64,000 bases of DNA from the NCBI RefSeq assembly GCF_009914755.1, contig NC_060939.1, one strand, 5' to 3'. A program made the position numbers and the translations under genes. Within the stretch, counting starts at the first letter, position 1. Each line of letters begins with the position of its first letter. The notes beneath the pieces are model-generated. The model worked only from the letters and a program-made list of their open reading frames with translations, did not search any database and had not been told where the DNA came from. The stretch comes from the human T2T-CHM13v2.0 reference genome, Homo sapiens. Below are positions 56,729-64,000 of this stretch, piece by piece.

Positions 56729-56942
56729 TGAATAAAGGGCTAACTAGAAGGTGAGCTCCATGTAGACAGGAGTTGTACCTGTCTTTGCCCCCTAATGCCT
56801 GTTAGGTTATCTAGTACATAATAGATACAAAATAAACAATAAAATGATATTTGTAGCTCAGATAGTGGCCGACTCAAGTATGCTGCTTCCATTGTTTGTG
56901 CAACTCCCATGACTAATGTTATTAATAATAATAACAAGCCCA

Positions 56943-57260
56943 GGCCGGGCACGGTGGCTCACACCTGTAATCCCAGCACTTTGGGAGGCCAAGGCAGGTG
57001 GATCACTTGAGGTTGGGAGTTTGAGACCAGCCTGGCCAACATGGAGAAACCCCATCTCTACTAAAAATACAAAGTTAGCCAGGCATGGTGGCACCTGCCT
57101 GTAATCCCAGCTACTCGGGAGGCTGAGGCAGGAGAATTGTTTGAACCGGCTACTCGGGAGGCAGAGGTTGCAGTGACCCGAGATTGCGCCACTGCATTCT
57201 TGCCTGGGCTACGAGTAAAGCTCCATCTAAAAAATAAAAATAAAAAAAAAATAATAATAA
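56943..57260 (+). mobile_element. AluS with an internal duplication of gctactcgggaggc
   Basis: Full dimer; TSD aataataataacaagccc on both sides. Confidence 0.92.
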
Positions 57261-57269
57261 CAAGCCCTT

Positions 57270-57420
57270 ACCTAGCCTTTTCTCTGTGCCTTTGACTCAT
57301 TTAATTCTCTAGCGATCTTATAGGTAGATCTGTTATTATCTCCCATTTTGTAGAGGAGGAGACTGAGGCAGATGGCAGTTAAGTGACCAGCTCAAGTCAC
57401 GCAGCTGGTAAGGCAGGTGG
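57270..57420 (-). mobile_element. MIR
   Basis: ctcatttaattct, cccattttgtagaggaggagactgaggcaga, gtcacgcagctggtaa. Confidence 0.8.
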
Positions 57421-58275
57421 GGTCAGGGCACTTCGTGGTCCTCCCTTACAGGCAGAGATCCAAGGGAAGGCTGCTCATCTTGACCAATGACAGGCATTTA
57501 TTTTGAAGAGAAGGAGGCCTCTGCTGGAGCTGAACTTGTTTGTCCCTGGGTGAACCAGGGTGATCCTGAGCAGCCTGCACTGCTGCCATCATCCTGGGCT
57601 CTTTACAGCTCCCTGGGACTGAAAAGTATATTTTAACAGGACAATGTCTGGGTTTCACCACTGGTTTCGTCAGCTCCGCTTCCACAAAGGAAACCACAGA
57701 AGGGTTTTGTGTTGGATCAAGCAACCTTCACACATACAATGAGGGCAGAAATGGTCAGAGTGAGACAAGATTATGAAAAGAAACACAATGCAGGTTTTAT
57801 GAATTTATACCCAGTCTTTGAGTAAAGAAAAAACAAAAACAACCTTAAGATCCAATAAGATAGTAGTCATTCAAATTCGGGTAAACGAAAAATGAACAAT
57901 AAGATAAAATAGAAAAAGGGATTAGACTATAACAACACTGCAAGAAATTGTACACAGATTTGGCTCTGAAGTTTCACGCAGTCAAACTAGAAGAGGAAAC
58001 CTGATCAGCAATCCTAACCTCAGAGTCTGCACCATGAAAAGCCCGGAGAGGGGTTCGGGTGCAGAAGAGTAGACGCCAGGACCAGTTGCAGGCTTTGCTG
58101 CCCTGAAAACATCACAGTGGACAAGGAGCATAAATCTTTATCGAGGTGTGTTGTCTGAGCTGCCTCATTTTCACAGGGCTTCAGTGGATGTAGTTAAATT
58201 TCTCACAAGTGTGGAAAATACACACTCATCTTTAGTCTACATTTCTAGGTTGCTATATGTTCTAATCCTACTTTC

Positions 58276-58612
58276 TTTTTGTTGTTGTTTTTGTTTGTTT
58301 GTTTGTTTTCTGTTTTTTTTTTTTTTGAGACAGAGTCTTGCTCTGTCACCCAGGCTGGGGTGCAGTGGCACAATCTCTGCTCATTGCGGGTTCAATGAGC
58401 CTCCCGGGTTCAAGCGATTCTCCTGCCTCAGCCTCCTGAGTAGCTGGGATTACAGGTGCCCACCACCACGCCCAGCTAATTTTTATATTTTTAGTAGAGA
58501 AGGGGTTTCGCCATGTTGGCCAGGCTGGTCTTGAACTCCTGACCTCAGGTGATCTGCCCAACTCGGCCTCCCAAAGTGCTGGGATTACAGGCGTGAGCCA
58601 CTGCACCTGGCC
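58276..58612 (-). mobile_element. AluS
   Basis: Full dimer with (GTTT)n tail; TSD taatcctactttctttttg at 58263-58281 and 58614-58632. Confidence 0.93.
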
Positions 58613-61463
58613 TTAATCCTACTTTCTTTTTGCTATAGGGTAAGTCATAGTACTTGATTCCAACAAGTGTCCTTTTTGCCAGGTACTTATTTTGTTGTGA
58701 GTGGTGCTAGAAGCAGCTCATTGCTGTGGTTCTTGTGGGATGGTGAATAAATCCCATATGACTGGGTTTCCCTATGTCAGTGATCATCTTGGGTGAAAAT
58801 AATTAAAATATCTTGTCTTTAAATATAATGTTGTAGATTACAAAGTATTGGCCTTTTAGAGACATTCCTGGGAAGTCAGTTGTTGGCCTTATCTCAAGCT
58901 TGAAAAAACTAAATCTTAATAAAATGGGGAGCCAGAAGTGAGAAGGCAACCCTGGGGCCTTTTAGTCTTACACTCGTGTGCAGTGCTCTGTAAGAATGAT
59001 TAGTTTGGTTCCAGGATTTTTTTTTTTTTTTTTTTTTGGTATATTGTGTTCCTGTGATGCTTTTTTGCAATAGTTGTTTTTGGGTGATAAAAAAAAAGTT
59101 GAGGCCACAAGTCTCATAGTGAATGTAGTATTTCTTGTCTGTTGAACACCTACCCTGAACTACCCTCCATTCCATGCCCTGCCCCCTCTTGAGATGTAAG
59201 GATGAGGAGACTGAGGATCCAACGGGTATAGTTGGCCAAGCATTGAGTATCTATCAGGAAGCTCCTTCTGTGGGAGCAGGTTACCTCCTGCTCTCTGAAG
59301 GCAGCAGAGGGGAATTGACATGTCCAGAGGTCAAAGGCATCAGGAGGCGTGGAATTGAGCCTGCACCTCAGACTCTGCACCCAGGGTCCTTTCCGTGAAC
59401 CCAGACTTAGCCACTCACCTTCTCCGCAATAGACCCGGGCAGCCATGTGCACTTGGTGCAGAATAGAGATTATGTATGGTGAGGAAGGGCACTTAGCTGT
59501 CCTGGGACTGTCTCTAGGACTATAATAAGGTGGAAACCATGTCTATGTAGATAACTTCCCTATGGAGTTTACAGCAACCATGTGATGTGCACTTTTGGAT
59601 TACAAAGTCTTAAAAGCATAAATCTGAGCTACCGCCTGTTCCTCTGCCCCCTCCTAGCATACTTGCTCAGGAGACAAGTCTATACCTGCTGGGCCACCCC
59701 TCTCTTCCATCTCTCTCCTGAACCTGCTACTCCAGGCTCTCCCCCGCGCCACCCACCGCCCCGCCCCCATCCCACTAAAGCCCTCCAATTTGCCAGATTC
59801 AGTTGCAATGTCTCAGTTGCATTTTACCTGACCTGTGACCAGCAATGGGTACATGCGATCTCTCCCTTCTGTTTGATGTGCTTTCTCCTGGGTTCTACCC
59901 TCTGTCTGTTCTCTTCCCTCACCTACCCCTGTGCCTCCTTTGCCAATTTTTTCTCGTCTGCCAATTCAGAATGTTGTTCCCAGGGCTGAGTCATTACTGC
60001 TCTCCCTCACTCCCTAGGTGGTCTTTCTAGCCCCTCCCACCCAGTTCTCTCTCCATCTTTGCGTTCAATTCTATATTCCACCTCTCCACTGAATACCTCT
60101 CAAGGAAACTCACCTCCAAATCTTTGTCCCCAGCAGCCTTTCTTGACAGAGGTTTTCCTTCATGTCCTCCTGTTTCTGCTTCTCTCCTTCCTGTCTGCTT
60201 CCCAGCTCTCTGAGCCTCTCTCCTGTGTACCTTGCGGACCCCGCAGCCCCAGGCGTCTTGCTGTGCCCTGCAGGGCTCCCTCCTTTGATTCTGCTGCCCC
60301 TTTTGGTGCTTTCTCCTTGCTCCTCTGTGTGTCTTCTGCTTCCTTCTGAGCTCCAGTGTTAGGTCCTGCTGTTACATTTGGCTCTCGGGTCCATGTCATG
60401 GCTCTCTCTTGGCTTCAGTGGAATCTCTCTCTGCATGGTTAGGGGGACCATTCATTTGCCTTTCAGAAAGCTCAGTTTTTAGCCTGGGAAGGGCAGACTT
60501 CACGCAGCAACGCTTACAACACTTCGTTTTCCGAGGGAACAGACGATATTAACCATCCCATCCTCACCGTTGCATCCCATAAACAGCATCCATGACAGCA
60601 TGGAGCTTTGTGGCTTTCCTCACTGACTCTTACCACCAGTCATGCTTATGGATTTTAGCAATTGTTGCCAGCCCCAGGAGACAGACTAGCCCACGGAATG
60701 ATCTGCATCACAGCAAATTAGTCCATTTATCTCTAGAGTTTAAATTTTATTTCCCCCAATCGGGGAGTTGCTGGGTTAACTAGGCCTATAAAGAGAGGGG
60801 TGGAGGAAGCTTTTACATATGGCTTTAAAAGTCCTCAATATTGCAGTTGGGAATTGCCAGATATTTTGAACCCCTCTGCTGTGTCAGCAATCCAGCCACT
60901 GCCTAGGCCTTAGTTACTTAATTCAGTTTCAGGCAGATTCCCAGTGAACACTGCTGTTGTTTATTGAGAAGTGTATCCTGACCTTTCTCAACTAAGGAAT
61001 AGTTTCACAATTTTCATGGCAAAATTCATTCAGAATGCAAGCAGGGGTCAGAATGACATTGCAGTTGGACGGCCTGAAAGGTTGCTTTGTGAGACCGTGT
61101 AAACCATGCCCGCATTCACCAAAGCATCTGTTGAAAAACATCTCCTGTATCCATGTGACCCAGCCACCTGTCGTTAGGACGCCAGCAATCAAGCATGCTG
61201 AGAAGCTGAGACCCTGGAGGCACTCGCTGCACTGCCTGGGCCTGGGCAGCCTGTTGTCCCCTCTGCCTTGTGGCCATCTTGTTGCCTCCTAGCACCTCCC
61301 TTCTTCCGTGGGAAGAAGCTGGAGTCCAGGTTTACTACCTGCAGGTTCTCTCATAAAACACAAGAAAGAGAGTGAGCTTGAAATACCTGTGGATTGATGT
61401 TACCTGGGCTGCTCTAAGATTCTATTAGCTACTAACTATAAAGGGCCTTGTTTTGCTTGCTAG

Positions 61464-61587
61464 GATGACACTCAGCTGGTTCTTCAGGCACAAAGAAAAA
61501 AGCGTTTGTGATACAGGTTTCTTTCTGTCTTGTGCCCAAGGAGTATATTTGATAGAGACTGGCTTGAGTTAAGTGAGTAGGGGACAG
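61464..61587 (+). other. Candidate alternative 5'-UTR cassette exon of TLN2 (124 nt)
   Basis: TACTAAC at 61430-61436, tract ccttgttttgcttgctAG| (61462-61463), donor CAG|GTAAGT at 61588. No transcript evidence is available from sequence alone. Confidence 0.4.
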
Positions 61588-61684
61588 GTAAGTTTCTGGC
61601 CATGAAATAGAGCAGGCACTGGAAATACACCGTGAGCCACCAACTCAAAGGAAAAACACTGAGTTGTTGAACTTACATTTTTAA

Positions 61685-62109
<425 letters not shown>

Positions 62110-62269
62110 TAGTTTGTCTAAATCAAATCAGAATTGAGTTGCATTTTATTCCCTTTGAGACCCCAATCACGTGAAGCTTCTTGGTACCCTTTGGGTTTAA
62201 GATTGGCCTCTCTGGCCTCATGTTGATCTTTTCTTGGGATTCTATTTTATGCACTGTGCAGGGCTGATA

Positions 62270-62375
62270 TCATTATAGCCACTTTATTTGTGAAGAAATT
62301 GAGGCAGAGTGGCCAAAGTGACTTTCTCAGATTGACACAGGCTCTTAGTGATGGAGCTGGGCCCAGAATCCAAGG
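62270..62375 (-). mobile_element. MIR fragment
   Basis: gaagaaattgaggcagagtggccaaagtgactt...gacacaggct...agtgatggagctggg. Confidence 0.6.
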
Positions 62376-62870
62376 GTGGTGGAGCTTTTGTGCCAAGAGG
62401 AGCACCTGAGAGGGCTTCCCTGATTCTTCTCTGTCCCCAGGTGCTGAGAGGACCCAGGGAACTGAGGCTGTCTTTAGGACCCAGTCATAGGTGCCCAAGG
62501 CTCTCTGCCTCTTGCCTTGAGGACATTAACCCTAGAAATTCCACTCCTAGGACCTTCTCTCAGAAACCCCAAGGAGGGGGACTACTCAGAGGGAGGTGTG
62601 GTGAACATCTGGAGCTCCCTCCTCCTAAGGGGTTCTACTTGTCACCCTGTAGTAATAACTCTTAGCCAATATGCTGTTGTTGTCCTCCTTTAAATTTTTC
62701 AAAATTGATTTGTAAAATTTGTTTTGTACCTAAAGTGTACTCTTTATTTGCTGTTTTATTCTCTTTCCATGTTTAAAGTTGATTTTAAAGTCCAGCACTT
62801 TTTTTGTTTTTTTTTCCCCAAGACAAATTATTATCGCGAACATCAGGGTTTGTCTCTTTGTGTTTTCCAG

Positions 62871-63042
62871 ACATTCTAAGTGAGACTGTCCACATCATCT
62901 AGGAAAATGGTGGCCCTGTCCTTAAAGATTTGTGTGCGCCACTGCAACGTGGTGAAGACCATGCAGTTTGAACCATCTACAGCTGTGTACGATGCGTGTC
63001 GAGTCATTCGGGAACGGGTGCCTGAGGCACAAACTGGGCAAG
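62871..63042 (+). other. TLN2: TLN2 exon containing the start codon (172 nt: 36 nt UTR + 136 nt CDS)
   Basis: Acceptor tttgtctctttgtgttttccAG| at 62869-62870 and donor |GTAGGT at 63043. Confidence 0.93.
62907..63042 (+). CDS. TLN2: Talin-2 first coding exon, CDS part (codons 1-45 plus first base of codon 46; N-terminal F0 subdomain of the talin head)
   Basis: Translation MVALSLKICVRHCNVVKTMQFEPSTAVYDACRVIRERVPEAQTGQ is the recognisable talin-2 N-terminus. Strong Kozak context aaaATGG; in-frame TAA upstream at 62877-62879; donor AAG|GTAGGT at 63043 (phase 1). Confidence 0.97.
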
Positions 63043-63734
63043 GTAGGTCATGGGTTATTTACTGGCTTCTTAAAACGTGTTTGCATGTTTTTCACTTTTT
63101 TGCTAAAGAGACAGAGGCTCCAAGTGGTACACAAGCCTATTAGTGCATATGTTTCAAATGAAATACCTTCTTAGATCAGACACTACCTGCTTCCTCTGTG
63201 AGACTTGTGATTACAGTGACCATGCCCACTGCTGAGTCATCATTGTCACTGTGCCCAGCAACTTGACCCTCCCATGCATGAGGATTATGCTGTGCGGTTT
63301 ACAGATCACATTCTCATGTATCATCTCATTGTCCCAAGAAAGTGCAAATGAAGCTGCCCTAACAGTATTGGCGGTATGTGTCCTAAACCCTGTTTCCCAT
63401 GCGTGAACGCTTTCCACTGCCATTGGAACCCAGGGCAGGTCTTATATTTCAAGTTTTTTGACAGGGACTTTATAAATTTTATCTCAAACCTTAAAAAAAA
63501 AGACATTTGTGATATATGTTTTGTTTGAAGTTTGGCTAAATCACTCATCCCGGTTAATCTGAGTTTAAACAAAAGCCACTTGTACCATTTTATTTTCCCC
63601 TTCCCTTTGTCTTCTCTCAATTTGTCTTTCTTTTATTTAGTATTTGACAGGCAGTTGAGAAATTGGATCCCTTCCAAATCAGTAAGTCTTTAGGTGAAAG
63701 TCGGATGAAACTTATCTTAAAAATGGAAAGAATA

Positions 63735-64000
63735 GGCCAAGCATGGTGGCTCACACCTGTAATCCAAGCACTTTGGGAGGCCAAGGCGGGAAGATCGCTT
63801 GAACCCAGGAGTTAGAGACCAGCCTAGGCAACAGGTTGAAACCCTGTCTCTAGTAAAGTCTGAAAAATTAGCTGAGTGTCGTGGTATGTGCCTGTAGTCT
63901 CAGGGCAGGAAAGTAGTTTCAACCCAGGAGTTTATGGCTGCAGCAAGCCATGATCCAGCCACTGCACTCCAGCCTGGGCGATGAAGCGAGACCCTGACTC
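63735..64000 (+). mobile_element. AluJ (runs off the window end)
   Basis: ggccaagcatggtggctcacacctgtaatcc...gaagatcgcttgaacccaggag. Confidence 0.9.

Noticed and set aside
62880-62906. N-terminal extension MRLSTSSRK in the ORF track, and read-through past 63042
   Set aside because: The track starts at a GTG directly after an in-frame TAA; the strong-Kozak ATG at 62907 matches the known N-terminus, and residues after GQ are intronic.

Overview
Human (primate) genomic DNA, almost all intronic, from the 5' part of TLN2 (talin-2) on the + strand. Three TLN2 exons can be read from the sequence: two short non-coding 5'-UTR exons (5299-5374, 76 nt; 33963-34087, 125 nt) and the first coding exon (62871-63042; ATG at 62907; encodes the start of the talin head F0 domain, MVALSLKICVRHCNVVKTMQFEPS...). 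Two introns of about 28.6 and 28.8 kb separate them. The rest is the usual repeat landscape: 23 Alu/FLAM/FRAM copies, L1PA/L1MA/L1MC/L1ME and L2 fragments, MIRs, MaLR LTRs, Tigger/hAT DNA-transposon fossils and microsatellites. Almost all ORFs in the supplied track are repeat-derived or chance. I see no new protein-coding system. The best leads are regulatory or structural: (i) two uORFs in the spliced leader, one created only by the exon-exon junction; (ii) a candidate cassette exon at 61464-61587 with a perfect TACTAAC branch point and CAG|GTAAGT donor, in phase with that uORF; (iii) a perfect 24-bp-arm hairpin at 14321-14374; (iv) an unusually long (39-bp or more) target-site duplication around an L1MA; (v) a probable antisense lncRNA/internal promoter zone at about 52.8-61 kb. 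Repeat subfamily names and boundaries come from by-eye recognition of consensus motifs and need RepeatMasker/Dfam confirmation.
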